64,000 bases of DNA from an uncultured Bacteroidales bacterium (lineage in GTDB: Bacteria > Bacteroidota > Bacteroidia > Bacteroidales > F082): positions 4,905 through 68,904 of the forward strand of contig CAMZAM010000010.1 in the NCBI GenBank assembly GCA_947304185.1. Reading direction: 5' to 3'. Every line of letters begins with the position of its first letter. Within the stretch, counting starts at the first letter, position 1. Both the position numbers and the translations under genes were made by a program. Of the stretch, positions 1 to 9,600 are shown in pieces. The notes under the pieces are model-generated. The model was not told where the DNA came from. It was given only the letters and a program-made list of their open reading frames with translations, and did no database searches.

Positions 1-1314
1 GTATCAGGTGTTTTGGCATTGCTTCTCGACGCAAATCCGGAGCTTACAGCTGCCGAACTCGACTCAATCATCGAGTTGACAGCTGCCAATGCAGGCAATA
101 CCATGAAAAACAACCAGACAGGCTCAGGACGTATAGATGCGCTGGCAGCCATCAATGCGCTGTATCACCACGGGCCGACAAATCTTACCGCCAATTTCGA
201 CGGCACATACGTCGACCTGAACTGGACACCGGCGGCAGACGCTGTGTCGTATAGCGTGTATCGTGATGGCATACGGATTGCAAATAATTTGACGTCGACA
301 AATTATCTCGACAACTTGACATATTCAGGAAAATATACATATTATGTTAAGGCGCAACTTAACAACGATATGACGTCACTGCCTTCGAACTATGTCACTA
401 TTGAGAAAGTTATCGACATTCAGGCAACTGTCATAGGTCAGACCAAGGTGGCACTGAGTTGGGACATGCCGGATTGCATCTACGACGGTTTCGAGTCGGG
501 TGATTTATATCAGAACATGTGGATCAATGACGGCACTTCTCCTTGGGAGGTGATGACTGAACATCCGCATAGTGGCTCTTATTGCGTGAGGTCGACAAAC
601 AAGACTATGTTCTCAACAAGTAAGATATCACTCGGCGTGAATGTGCCGGTAAGTTGTGTGGTGACATATTACGCCATGATAAGCTGCTTCCCGTTGAATG
701 GTGGCGGCTTCTTCATCGACAACGTGCAGCAAGGAGAGACGATAAAAGACATAGTGCCGTGGACTAAGTATTCTGTGGCATTGGGTCCTGGTAACCATCT
801 GCTTGAATGGAAATACGCCAACCAGCTCACAGAAGGCGATTATGAGAACGCTTTCTATATTGATGATATCACCGTTGGAAATGCTTACAACATCTATCGT
901 GCCAATTGCGATGGCAGCGGTCAGACCTTGATCGCTGAAGATGTTGTTAATGCACAATATATTGATAATGACTGGGTTACATTGCCTATCGGACAATACA
1001 AATACGGTGTTAGCATCAATGGAGGCTACACTGTTTATTGGTCGGAATGCATCAATAAGAATTATGAAGGTGTAGATGAAAATATAGAAGATGAGATTGC
1101 GGTATATCCTAATCCAGCACATGATTATATTCGTGTAGAGACGATGTGCACAATGTCTGTACAACGTGTTGATGTGTATGATATTACTGGAAAATTGATG
1201 ATTTCATCTGCCGAAACTGAAATCAATATTTCGGAATTGGAATCAGGAATGTATTTTGTCAATATTTTGACGGATAAGGGTGTCGTGACAAGGAAAGTCA
1301 CTATCTCAAGATAG
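1..1314 (+). CDS. Subtilisin-like (S8) secreted peptidase, C-terminal portion (5' end outside window) with T9SS C-terminal sorting domain
   Basis: Frame 1 is open from nt 1. VSGVLALLLDANPELTAAEL...GSGRIDALAAINAL resembles the helix after the S8 catalytic Ser. The middle looks beta-sandwich-like. The last ~75 aa (VYPNPAHDYIRVE...GMYFVNILTDKGVVTRKVTI) are a typical T9SS CTD. Confidence 0.75.
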   Translation, partial: VSGVLALLLDANPELTAAELDSIIELTAANAGNTMKNNQTGSGRIDALAAINALYHHGPTNLTANFDGTYVDLNWTPAADAVSYSVYRDGIRIANNLTSTNYLDNLTYSGKYTYYVKAQLNNDMTSLPSNYVTIEKVIDIQATVIGQTKVALSWDMPDCIYDGFESGDLYQNMWINDGTSPWEVMTEHPHSGSYCVRSTNKTMFSTSKISLGVNVPVSCVVTYYAMISCFPLNGGGFFIDNVQQGETIKDIVPWTKYSVALGPGNHLLEWKYANQLTEGDYENAFYIDDITVGNAYNIYRANCDGSGQTLIAEDVVNAQYIDNDWVTLPIGQYKYGVSINGGYTVYWSECINKNYEGVDENIEDEIAVYPNPAHDYIRVETMCTMSVQRVDVYDITGKLMISSAETEINISELESGMYFVNILTDKGVVTRKVTISR

Positions 1315-1971
1315 TTAGAAGCGGTAGTAGGCAACAAGTTCGAGCACGTCGTTGAACGCGCCCCACTGTCCGAAGCGCAATGCTCCCTGATCGTAGAAAT
1401 TACCCGCGTACGCTGAGTTTATCGAGGTGATTACGCGGGTTCCTATTTGGAATTTCTTATCCACTATGTTGAATTTCAGACCGAGTATCCCGTTGACGCA
1501 GAAGCGTTTCCAGCGGTTGGTGCTCTCGTTGGCTCCGTTGTTTTTCTGGTTGGTGTAGGCTAGCACGTCGACGCTGGCACCTGCCTCGACGGATATCCAG
1601 TCGAGGTTGTTGCCGTTGATGTTGAGAAAGCCCAGGTTGGCCGAAGCGACAAGCGGGAGTTCCACGTAGTCGAGGCGGATGAGGAACTGGTACGGGTCGT
1701 CGGCATCGGAACGCGAGCCTTTCTGGATGTATTTTATCTCAAACTGTGTCTCGATAATATCGGTTAATTCAAGTCCAACGAAGGCGCCGGCGGTGAAGCC
1801 GACCTTGTGGAAGCCGTTGTTATGGTCGCCGTCGACCTGCGATGTCACGCCACCGAAGGCGATGCCACCGAAGAAGGCCTGAGAGCGGGCAGAGCTACAA
1901 ACAAAGAGTAGAACCAAGATTGCAACTAGGGACGTGGCGCGCCGCGTCCTTACATTTATTTCATTTTTCAT
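1315..1971 (-). CDS. Outer-membrane beta-barrel protein (OMP_b-brl_2 / PorT-like family)
   Basis: Signal peptide, then alternating beta-strand pattern (FFGGIAFGGVTSQVDG..GFTAGAFVGLEL..) ending in aromatic YYRF. Its ATGA start overlaps the upstream polyprenyl synthetase stop. Confidence 0.6.
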   Translation of the reverse strand: MKNEINVRTRRATSLVAILVLLFVCSSARSQAFFGGIAFGGVTSQVDGDHNNGFHKVGFTAGAFVGLELTDIIETQFEIKYIQKGSRSDADDPYQFLIRLDYVELPLVASANLGFLNINGNNLDWISVEAGASVDVLAYTNQKNNGANESTNRWKRFCVNGILGLKFNIVDKKFQIGTRVITSINSAYAGNFYDQGALRFGQWGAFNDVLELVAYYRF

Positions 1972-2942
1972 ATTTCACGTTTTACACAGTAATACAATAA
2001 ACTCTTTAATGCCTCTTTTGCTTCGCTATTTGGAACACTATCTAATTGATTTTCAGCATGTTGGATGAAAAATTTCATTTTTTCTTCGCAATACTGCAGG
2101 CTGTTTTTCTCGTTTGCCTTTCGGATGATGCTGTCGACAGTCTTTTTACACTTTCCGTTAAGGCGTATCTTGTTGATAATCAAGGTTCTTTCAATGGCAG
2201 AGCTTTCTTTTAAAAGATGAATGAGCGGAAGTGTCATCTTATGCTCGCGGATGTCGTTGCCGTAACCTTTGCCAGAGTGGTTATGCGGTTGATAATCAAA
2301 AATATCGTCACGAATCTGGAAGGCTGTACCGGCGTTTATTCCAAACTGTCGCATCATCTCAACTTGCTCGGGCGTTGCTCCTGTCGACACGGCTCCGATG
2401 GCGCAGCACGAAGCTATCATCGAGGCGGTTTTTTTCTCAATTATCTGATAATAATCCTCTTCGGAGATGTCGAAATTTTTCGCTTTCTCGAGTTGGAAAA
2501 TCTCGCCTTCACTCATGTTTTTCACCGTTGCCGAAATCATGTCAAGCATCAGATAATCATGCTTTTCGAGGGCAATCATCATACCTTTAGATAAGAGGTA
2601 ATCGCCTGCAAGAACTGCGATTTTGTTCTTATACATCGCGTTGATCGAGGCAAATCCACGACGTTCGGAGGCGTCGTCAACCACATCGTCATGGATGAGC
2701 GTCGCTGAATGTAAAAGCTCGATGAAAGTGGCGGCTCTGAAAGTGCTTTCGTTGACCTCTCCGAAGCATTTCGCAGAGAGAAACACAAACAACGGACGTA
2801 GCTGTTTTCCTTTGTGTTTCAAGGTGTAACGGCCGATCTTATCCAAGATGAAATTGTCGGAATGCAACGCATCTTTGTAAAACGTCTCAAACCGTTCAAG
2901 TTCGCTTGAAACCGCTGATTTTATGTCGTCGAGAGTCGTCAT
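1968..2942 (-). CDS. Polyprenyl diphosphate synthase (trans-isoprenyl synthetase family, IspB-like)
   Basis: Both Asp-rich motifs are present: LIHDDVVDDASERRG and FQIRDDIFDY. Confidence 0.9.
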   Translation of the reverse strand: MTTLDDIKSAVSSELERFETFYKDALHSDNFILDKIGRYTLKHKGKQLRPLFVFLSAKCFGEVNESTFRAATFIELLHSATLIHDDVVDDASERRGFASINAMYKNKIAVLAGDYLLSKGMMIALEKHDYLMLDMISATVKNMSEGEIFQLEKAKNFDISEEDYYQIIEKKTASMIASCCAIGAVSTGATPEQVEMMRQFGINAGTAFQIRDDIFDYQPHNHSGKGYGNDIREHKMTLPLIHLLKESSAIERTLIINKIRLNGKCKKTVDSIIRKANEKNSLQYCEEKMKFFIQHAENQLDSVPNSEAKEALKSLLYYCVKREI

Positions 2943-2997
2943 ATCTTAAATAAAGTGCAAAATTAATTAAAAATTTTGTTATTTGAATAAAAAGTTA

Positions 2998-3005
2998 TAA
3001 TTTTG
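2998..3005 (+). promoter_or_regulatory. Bacteroidetes -7 box TAATTTTG upstream of glyA
   Basis: Matches TAnnTTTG, ~75 nt upstream of ATG 3080 in an AT-rich divergent spacer. Confidence 0.45.
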
Positions 3006-3079
3006 AAGTTTGAAATAAAAGGCAGAAAAATTTTTTAAGAAATTGTAAATAATTGAATATCAACTAAATAGATTTTAAC

Positions 3080-4360
3080 ATGAAGAAAGACACAAAGGTT
3101 TTTAACCTTATCCGTAAGGAAAAAGAGCGTCAGATGCACGGCATCGAGCTTATCGCTTCTGAAAATTTCGTCAGCGACCAGGTGTTGAAAGCCATGGGCT
3201 CAGTGATGACAAACAAATACGCAGAAGGTTATCCTGGAAAGCGTTACTATGGCGGTTGCCAGATTGTTGACCAGACCGAGCAGATTGCTATTGACCGCGC
3301 TGGTGAACTCTTTCAGGCAAAATTCGTCAACGTGCAGCCACACTCAGGCGCACAGGCTAACATGGCAGTACTTCTTGCTTGCTTGAAGCCAGGCGACACA
3401 TTCATGGGCCTCGACCTCTCACATGGCGGACACCTCTCACACGGTTCACCGGTCAACTCATCAGGTATCCTTTACAACCCGGTAGCTTACGAAGTGAGCA
3501 AGGAGACAGGTATGGTCGACTACGACGACATGGAGAAGAAGGTGGCACAATACAAGCCGAAACTCATTATCGCAGGTGCTTCAGCATATTCACGTGACTG
3601 GGACTATGCACGTATGCGTAAGGCTGCTGACTCAGTCGGCGCTATCTTGATGGCTGACATCTCACACCCGGCAGGTCTCATCGCCCGCGGCATCCTTAAC
3701 GACCCGTTGGAGTATTGCCATATCGTGACAACAACCACACACAAGACCCTCCGTGGACCACGTGGTGGTATGATCATGATGCGTGAAGACTTCCCAAATC
3801 CTTGGGGCCTCACAACACCTAAGGGTGAGATCAAGATGATGTCGGCATTGCTCAACAGCGCAGTGTTCCCAGGCGTCCAAGGCGGACCACTCGAGCACGT
3901 CATCGCATCAAAGGCTGTCGCTTTCGGCGAGGCTTTGACAGACGAGTACTTCGAGTACATTCTCCAGGTGAAGAAGAACGCAGCTGCAATGGCAAAGGCA
4001 TTCAGCGACAGAGGTTACAACATCATCAGCGGTGGCACAGACAACCACCTGATGCTCATCGACCTTCGCTCGAAGTTCCCAGAGATTACAGGTAAAATGG
4101 TTGAGAACACCCTCGTTCAGGCTGACATTACAGTCAACAAGAACATGGTTCCGTTCGACAGCCGTTCACCATTCCAGACCTCAGGTCTCCGCGTCGGTAC
4201 TCCAGCTATCACAACACGTGGTTTGAAGGAAGACATGATGGAGCCAATCGTTGACTTGATCGACGACGTCATCAGCCACATCGACGACACCAAGAAGCTC
4301 GAGGCAGTGAAGGCTAAAGTGAACGAAATGATGGCCGACAGACCATTGTTCGCTTGGTAA
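3080..4360 (+). CDS. glyA: Serine hydroxymethyltransferase
   Basis: Full-length 426 aa with [18 protein letters not shown] and the PLP-Lys context [14 protein letters not shown]. Confidence 0.97.
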   Translation: MKKDTKVFNLIRKEKERQMHGIELIASENFVSDQVLKAMGSVMTNKYAEGYPGKRYYGGCQIVDQTEQIAIDRAGELFQAKFVNVQPHSGAQANMAVLLACLKPGDTFMGLDLSHGGHLSHGSPVNSSGILYNPVAYEVSKETGMVDYDDMEKKVAQYKPKLIIAGASAYSRDWDYARMRKAADSVGAILMADISHPAGLIARGILNDPLEYCHIVTTTTHKTLRGPRGGMIMMREDFPNPWGLTTPKGEIKMMSALLNSAVFPGVQGGPLEHVIASKAVAFGEALTDEYFEYILQVKKNAAAMAKAFSDRGYNIISGGTDNHLMLIDLRSKFPEITGKMVENTLVQADITVNKNMVPFDSRSPFQTSGLRVGTPAITTRGLKEDMMEPIVDLIDDVISHIDDTKKLEAVKAKVNEMMADRPLFAW

Positions 4361-4367
4361 TCTCTTT

Positions 4368-4400
4368 AAGATAATAGATAAGAGATAAAAGTTAAAAGAG
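4368..4400 (+). repeat. 7-nt periodic array aagataa|tagataa|gagataa|aagttaa|aagag..
   Basis: Read directly. It starts 8 nt after the glyA stop and runs into the terminator stem. Confidence 0.7.
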
Positions 4401-4437
4401 CGCAGAGCGTCGTGATGTCGCTTTGCGCTTCTCTTTT
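4394..4437. terminator. Bidirectional intrinsic terminator hairpin between convergent glyA and MTHFS genes
   Basis: The gcgcagagcg/cgctttgcgc core stem (11 bp including one G-U) is extended by aaaagag/ctctttt. The loop is tcgtgatgt. A-rich and T-rich flanks lie on both sides. Confidence 0.7.
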
Positions 4438-4449
4438 ATTTAATCTCTT

Positions 4450-4477
4450 TTAACTTTACTCTTTTAACCTTTAACTA
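4450..4477 (-). repeat. 7-nt periodic array ttaactt|tactctt|ttaacct|ttaacta (reverse complement of the AAGTTAA unit)
   Basis: Read directly. On the minus strand it lies in sense orientation after the MTHFS stop. Confidence 0.65.
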
Positions 4478-5001
4478 ATTGAAGATATCACTTCATCCAT
4501 TTTAATGTCATTCGGCTCGGTGGGTACTTCGTCAACAAGTTGGAAGTCGAAACAAATTCCTATTCGTTTGACGTTCAAATGTTTACAAAGGAATCGGTCG
4601 TAGTATCCGCGGCCTCGTCCGATGCGGTTGCCATTGCGGTCGAAGGCGACACCTGGCACCACGATGAGGTCGTAATCGCCGGTGTAAGGCTCGTTTTGAG
4701 GTTCGAGAATATTGAAATCGCCGACGGCAAAGCCAGTGCTCTCTGCAAGTTCAACTGGGATTATATCGTCTCCAACAACTGTTGGTAGGATTATTTTCTT
4801 TTTATGGCGCCATTTCTCGAGGAAGGCCTGAGTCTGTACCTCGTCAGGTAAGGCGCTGTAAATCATCACGATACGCGCTTTCTGGAAATCGGGATGCTGT
4901 TCCAGTTTCGACAAAATAACCTCCGACTGCTCAAGAAGCTGCTCTTTGGTGTGCTGTTTCTTGAGAAGCTTGATATTGGCGCGAAGCCCTTTTTTATCCA
5001 T
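4471..5001 (-). CDS. 5-formyltetrahydrofolate cyclo-ligase (MTHFS)
   Basis: VVPGVAFDRNGNRIGRGRGYYDRFL signature. I moved the start from the ORF-track GTG 5013 to ATG 5001 (MDKKGL..), which overlaps the upstream stop as TAATG. Confidence 0.8.
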   Translation of the reverse strand: MDKKGLRANIKLLKKQHTKEQLLEQSEVILSKLEQHPDFQKARIVMIYSALPDEVQTQAFLEKWRHKKKIILPTVVGDDIIPVELAESTGFAVGDFNILEPQNEPYTGDYDLIVVPGVAFDRNGNRIGRGRGYYDRFLCKHLNVKRIGICFDFQLVDEVPTEPNDIKMDEVISSIS

Positions 5002-5189
5002 TATTTGAACCACTTCGTCAGGTTGCCTCTGAGAAGCAGATAATAAACAGCGATTCCAATCCAGCTTGTGATGACCACCAAAATGCTGATGAGGATTTTT
5101 GTGAGGACATTGATTGGCTGACTGAGGATTTCTAAAACCGCCAAAACTCCAAGGATAACACCTACTACGTAAATAATTGTTGCTACCAT
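5001..5189 (-). CDS. Small two-TM membrane protein (PLDc_N-like, tentative)
   Basis: 62 aa with two hydrophobic helices, ending YYLLLRGN... ATG start, with a -7 box 18 nt upstream. Confidence 0.5.
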   Translation of the reverse strand: MVATIIYVVGVILGVLAVLEILSQPINVLTKILISILVVITSWIGIAVYYLLLRGNLTKWFK

Positions 5190-5206
5190 AATTCTAAAAA
5201 TTTTTG

Positions 5207-5214
5207 CAAAATTA
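5207..5214 (-). promoter_or_regulatory. -7 box TAATTTTG for the small membrane protein/MTHFS operon
   Basis: Plus strand reads caaaatta. It lies 18 nt upstream of ATG 5189. Confidence 0.55.
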
Positions 5215-5226
5215 CGAAAAAATATC

Positions 5227-5234
5227 TATCTTTG
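5227..5234 (+). promoter_or_regulatory. -7 box TATCTTTG for the 5251 gene
   Basis: Matches TAnnTTTG, 17 nt upstream of ATG 5251. It sits back-to-back with the box at 5207-5214. Confidence 0.55.
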
Positions 5235-5250
5235 CAAAAAATGAATTGCT

Positions 5251-5634
5251 ATGAAAAAATTATTGATTGTCATTCTCGTTTTAGCCGTCTTGGCTTTGTT
5301 TATGAAAGTCACCGTTCCGCAGCCTGAAAAACATCGTCAGGCAGCACAGCAGAAGTTGAATGAGCTGGTCGGACAGAAATTGTCGAGTTTCGAAGGAATA
5401 CAGGGTATCGTCGAAGGTGACGACTTCGATATCAGGGCTTGGTTTAACGTAGCTTTGAACCAGCTCGAGGTGAAGGATTACTTTGTTTGCAACGTCGGAG
5501 AAATCACTTACGAAGGCGACACATTCCCGCTTACAGTCGGCGTTTTCAATAAAGTTTTCGTCTTGACCGACTACAAAGACGAGATTATGAAAGCCGGCAA
5601 GAAGGTCGACGAATACAAGAAAAAGCTGGAATAG
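5251..5634 (+). CDS. Hypothetical membrane-anchored protein
   Basis: N-terminal hydrophobic anchor MKKLLIVILVLAVLALF. No family recognised. Confidence 0.5.
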   Translation: MKKLLIVILVLAVLALFMKVTVPQPEKHRQAAQQKLNELVGQKLSSFEGIQGIVEGDDFDIRAWFNVALNQLEVKDYFVCNVGEITYEGDTFPLTVGVFNKVFVLTDYKDEIMKAGKKVDEYKKKLE

Positions 5635-5636
5635 CT

Positions 5637-6554
5637 TTATTCAATCATCGTCGCATACCAGAATCTTTCAGCATCGGTGGTGACGGTGTTGCCGCCTCCG
5701 ATGTTGAACGGCTCAAATTCTGATGGAACGAGATTGACGTAGCTGTCACGGTCGACGTCCTCAACTTCGTAATCTTCCTGATAATACGACAACGTTCCCC
5801 AACAGGAGAACCAATAGGTGTTTTTCGCCATGTAGGAATAGTACCAATCTTTTTTCTCGCTTCCTTTTCCAAATTTTTTGTGTGTAAGTATCTTGGTATC
5901 AGCGATGTAATGCTCGCGTATCTCTTTGAGTGACAATGGGGTGCCATCCATATCCGAGATGTAATTGCCACCTGAATCGGTGTCAATCATAGCCCATTTG
6001 TTCAGTTCGGGAAGCCACACTTCGTTGACGACGTGGCAGTCGTTGTCGTCCTCATCTTCAGGCATGCAGGTTATATATCTTGCTTGGATACCTTCTGAAA
6101 GAAGAAGTTCGAATGTCAGGATGCTATGCAGACGGCAGTTGAAAGCCGGCTCAACACTCTTGGTATACTCCCATAACCCAATGGCGTTGATATGGTTAGG
6201 CCATTTCTTTTGGTTGGCATGTGGGATGTTTGAAGCTACGAACTTTCCTATTGCGAGGGTCTTCTCCCAAGTGGTGGCGTTGGCAGGGTAGAGGGTGTCA
6301 AGTTGGAAATAATCTCTAATCTCTTTTGCTCTTGCCTCATTCTGAACGATTGTCATCTCAAAACTGGTGGTGTCGCTTGCATAAGCTCCTGATGTCTTTA
6401 GCAGTTCAACACGTTCGTCAAATTGGGACAAGCCGCTTTTTTCGATGTAAATATCATATCTTGGATACAAAATCCAGCCTACGATGAAGACAATTACGGC
6501 AATCCCGCCGATAACGGCGAAGATGTTACGGATAACGGAGTAAGTTTTTTTCAT
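5637..6554 (-). CDS. Transglutaminase-like (Cys-His-Asp) domain protein, N-terminal TM anchor
   Basis: FNCRLHS ... DCHVVNEVWLP ... MIDTD is spaced like a transglutaminase-core triad. One TM helix near the N-terminus. Confidence 0.6.
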   Translation of the reverse strand: MKKTYSVIRNIFAVIGGIAVIVFIVGWILYPRYDIYIEKSGLSQFDERVELLKTSGAYASDTTSFEMTIVQNEARAKEIRDYFQLDTLYPANATTWEKTLAIGKFVASNIPHANQKKWPNHINAIGLWEYTKSVEPAFNCRLHSILTFELLLSEGIQARYITCMPEDEDDNDCHVVNEVWLPELNKWAMIDTDSGGNYISDMDGTPLSLKEIREHYIADTKILTHKKFGKGSEKKDWYYSYMAKNTYWFSCWGTLSYYQEDYEVEDVDRDSYVNLVPSEFEPFNIGGGNTVTTDAERFWYATMIE

Positions 6555-6618
6555 GGTAATAATAATTTGATGTTCTATTGTAGAACGAAAAAGTAGTGGT
6601 TTTGCTGCATGGTTTTAC

Positions 6619-6653
6619 AAAAAAAATAGAGACGCCATATTATGACGTCTCTA
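6619..6653 (-). terminator. Intrinsic terminator of nifJ
   Basis: tagagacgccat/atgacgtctcta stem (11 of 12 bp), 3-nt loop. On the minus strand it is followed by TTTTTTTT (plus-strand A-run 6619-6626). Confidence 0.85.
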
Positions 6654-6677
6654 CGATGTTGTTAACAGGGATATGAA

Positions 6678-9600
6678 TTACTTCCCTTCACTCAGTTTCT
6701 TGTATCCTTCGTAGCGGAGTTTAGCAAACTGTTCGGTCTTGGCGAACAGCTCTTTTGCCTCTTCTGGGAAGGTCTTCAGCAATGAGTTGTAACGGACTTC
6801 GCCCATGATGAAGTTCTGGAACTTGCTCCAGTCAGGCTCTTTTGAGTCGAGGTGGAAACCGTTCTGACCTGCTTCTTCCTCAGCTGGGTTGAAGCGCCAG
6901 AGGTGCCAGTAACCGCAATCGACGGCGAGTTTCTCTTCCATCTGTGAGTGACCCATACCAATCTTGATACCGTGGTTGATACATGGGGCGTAGCAGATGA
7001 TGAGTGATGGTCCTGGATATGCCTCAGCTTCTTTGATGGCTTTGAAGTACTGTGCCTGTGATGAACCCATAGCCACCTGTGCCACGTAGACATAGCCGTA
7101 GCTCTTGGCGATCATGCCGAGGTCTTTCTTACGCACCTTCTTGCCTGATGCGGCGAACTTGGCGACGGCGCCGGCTGGTGTAGCCTTTGATGACTGACCG
7201 CCTGTGTTCGAGTAAACCTCAGTGTCGAGGACGAGGACGTTGACGTCTTCGCCTGATGCCAACACGTGGTCTAAGCCGCCAAATCCGATATCGTATGCCC
7301 AACCGTCACCACCGAAGATCCACTGTGACTTCTTCACGAGGTGATCTTTGAGGTCGAGAATCTGCATGCACTTGTCGCAGCCGCACTTCTCGCAACCGGC
7401 AACGATCTTGTCAGCCAATTCAGCTGTCTTGATGCCGTTCTCACGGTTGTCGATCCAAGCCTGGAAGAGCTTCTTGAGGTCGTCGCTGCAGCACTTGCAG
7501 TTGGCGATAGCGTCTTTCATGATGAGCTCGATGCGGTCGCGGAGCTTACGTGTGGCTGTTGCCATACCGAGACCGAACTCAGCGTTGTCTTCGAACAGTG
7601 AGTTAGCCCATGCCACGCCCTTGCCAGAACGGTAGTTCTTGCAGTAAGGTGTAGCAGGTGCTGAGCCGCCGTAGATTGACGAACAACCTGTTGCGTTGGC
7701 GACGAGCATTCTCTCACCGAAGAGCTGTGTGATGGTCTTGATATAAGGTGTCTCACCGCAGCCTGCGCAGGCGCCAGAGAACTCGAACAATGGCTGAGCG
7801 AACTGGCTATTCTTTGTGTTGGCGTATTTGTCGATGAGGTTGTCTTTGTAGGTGACTTTCTTCTGACCGTATTCCCAGTTCTTGGCTTCGTCGAGCTGGC
7901 TCTCCAACGGTTTCATCACCAATGCTTTCTCCTTAGCAGGGCAGACGTCGGCGCAGTTGCCGCAGCCTGTACAGTCTAACACTGAAACCTGCATTCTGAA
8001 GTGCATGCCTGCCAATTCTTTCGGCATCTTCACGTCGATAGCTGCCATACCCTTTGGAGCTTTCTTCATCTCGGCGTCGGTCATGACGACTGGACGGATA
8101 GCTGCGTGAGGGCAGACCAATGAGCACTGGTTGCACTGGATACAGTTAGCTGGGTTCCACTCTGGGACGACTGTTGCCACGCCACGTTTCTCGTAGGCTG
8201 TTGTACCTGCCGGGAATGTACCGTCGACTATGTCTTTGAATGCGCTCACTGGAAGGTCGTTACCGCACTGGGCGACCATCGGACGCATCACCTTGTTGAT
8301 GAACTCAGGATCGTCGGCGTTGTGCTCGAACACGAAGTCGGTTGTGCAGTCGAGTTTTGCCCATTCGGCTGGGATCTCAACCTTTGTGATCTCACCGCCG
8401 CGGTCGACAGCTGCATAGTTCATGTTGACGATGTCTTCACCCTTCTTACCGTAGCTCTTCACGATGAACTTCTTCATCTGCTGGACAGCGAGGTCGTAAG
8501 GGATAACGCCTGAAATCTTGAAGAATGCGCTCTGGAGGATGGTGTTGGTACGGTTGCCCAGGCCGATCTCAGCGGCGATCTTCGTAGCGTCGATGATGTA
8601 CATATTAATATTGTTGAGAGCCAGATACTTCTTCACATAGTCAGGAAGATGCTTCTTGGTCTCTTCAACGCTCCAGGGCGAGTTGTAGAGGAACGTGCCG
8701 TTCTTCTTCAAGCCGCGGAGGCAGTCATACTTGCGGAGGTAGCTCGGGACGTGGACAGCCACGAAGTCGGGCGTGCCGACGAGGTAAGGAGCCAGGATAG
8801 GCTGGTCACCGAAACGCAGGTGCGAGCAGGTGTAACCGCCAGACTTCTTGGAGTCGTAGTCGAAATAGGCTTGGCTGTACTTGTTGGTGTTGTCGCCGAT
8901 GATCTTGATGGAGTTCTTGTTGGCACCCACGGTACCGTCAGCGCCGAGGCCGTAGAACTTGGCTTCGAACGTGCCCTTCGGCAGGATGGAGATTTCCTTG
9001 CCGACCTTGAGGGAACGGTGCGTGACATCGTCGTTGATACCCACCGTGAACTGGTTCATCGGCTTGGGAGCGGCGAGGTTCTTGTAGATAGCCAAAACCT
9101 GAGCCGGGGTGGTGTCCTTGGAGGAGAGACCGAAACGACCGCCGATGATCATCGGGTGGAGTTCGGCATCCTTGAAGGCTTCCACCACGTCGAGGTACAA
9201 CGGATCTCCGTTGGCGCCGGGTTCTTTCGTGCGGTCGAGCACGCAGATTCTCTTCACGCTCTTCGGCATGACCTCCATGAGGTATTTCACGCTGAAGGGA
9301 CGATAGAGGTGAACGCTCACGAGACCGAGTTTCTTGCCAGCCTTGTTCTCCTTGTCGATGACGGTCTTGATGACGTCGTTGACTGAACCCATGGCGATGA
9401 TGATGTCGGTAGCGTCTTTAGCGCCGTAGTATACGAATGGAGCATATTCACGACCTGTGATTTTACTCAGCTGTTTCATATATTTTGCTACGATGTCAGG
9501 AAGAGCGTCGTAGTATTTGTTCTGCAACTCTCTTGTCTGGAAGTAGATGTCAGGGTTCTGTGCTGTACCGCGTGTTACAGGGTGTTCTGGGTTAAGAGCT

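Noticed and set aside
2943-3079. Possible riboswitch or leader RNA upstream of glyA (also considered for gcvH 20710-20800, lysC 32057-32111 and purE 63792-63876)
   Set aside because: The leaders are short (55-137 nt), extremely AT-rich and lack conserved helices. They are too small for glycine, THF, lysine or purine riboswitch folds.
8649-9386. 245-aa + strand ORF inside nifJ
   Set aside because: It lies entirely antisense to a confidently identified PFOR gene. Its V/D/E/G/L/H-rich composition is typical of the reverse frame of a codon-biased gene, and it has no promoter box or motifs.
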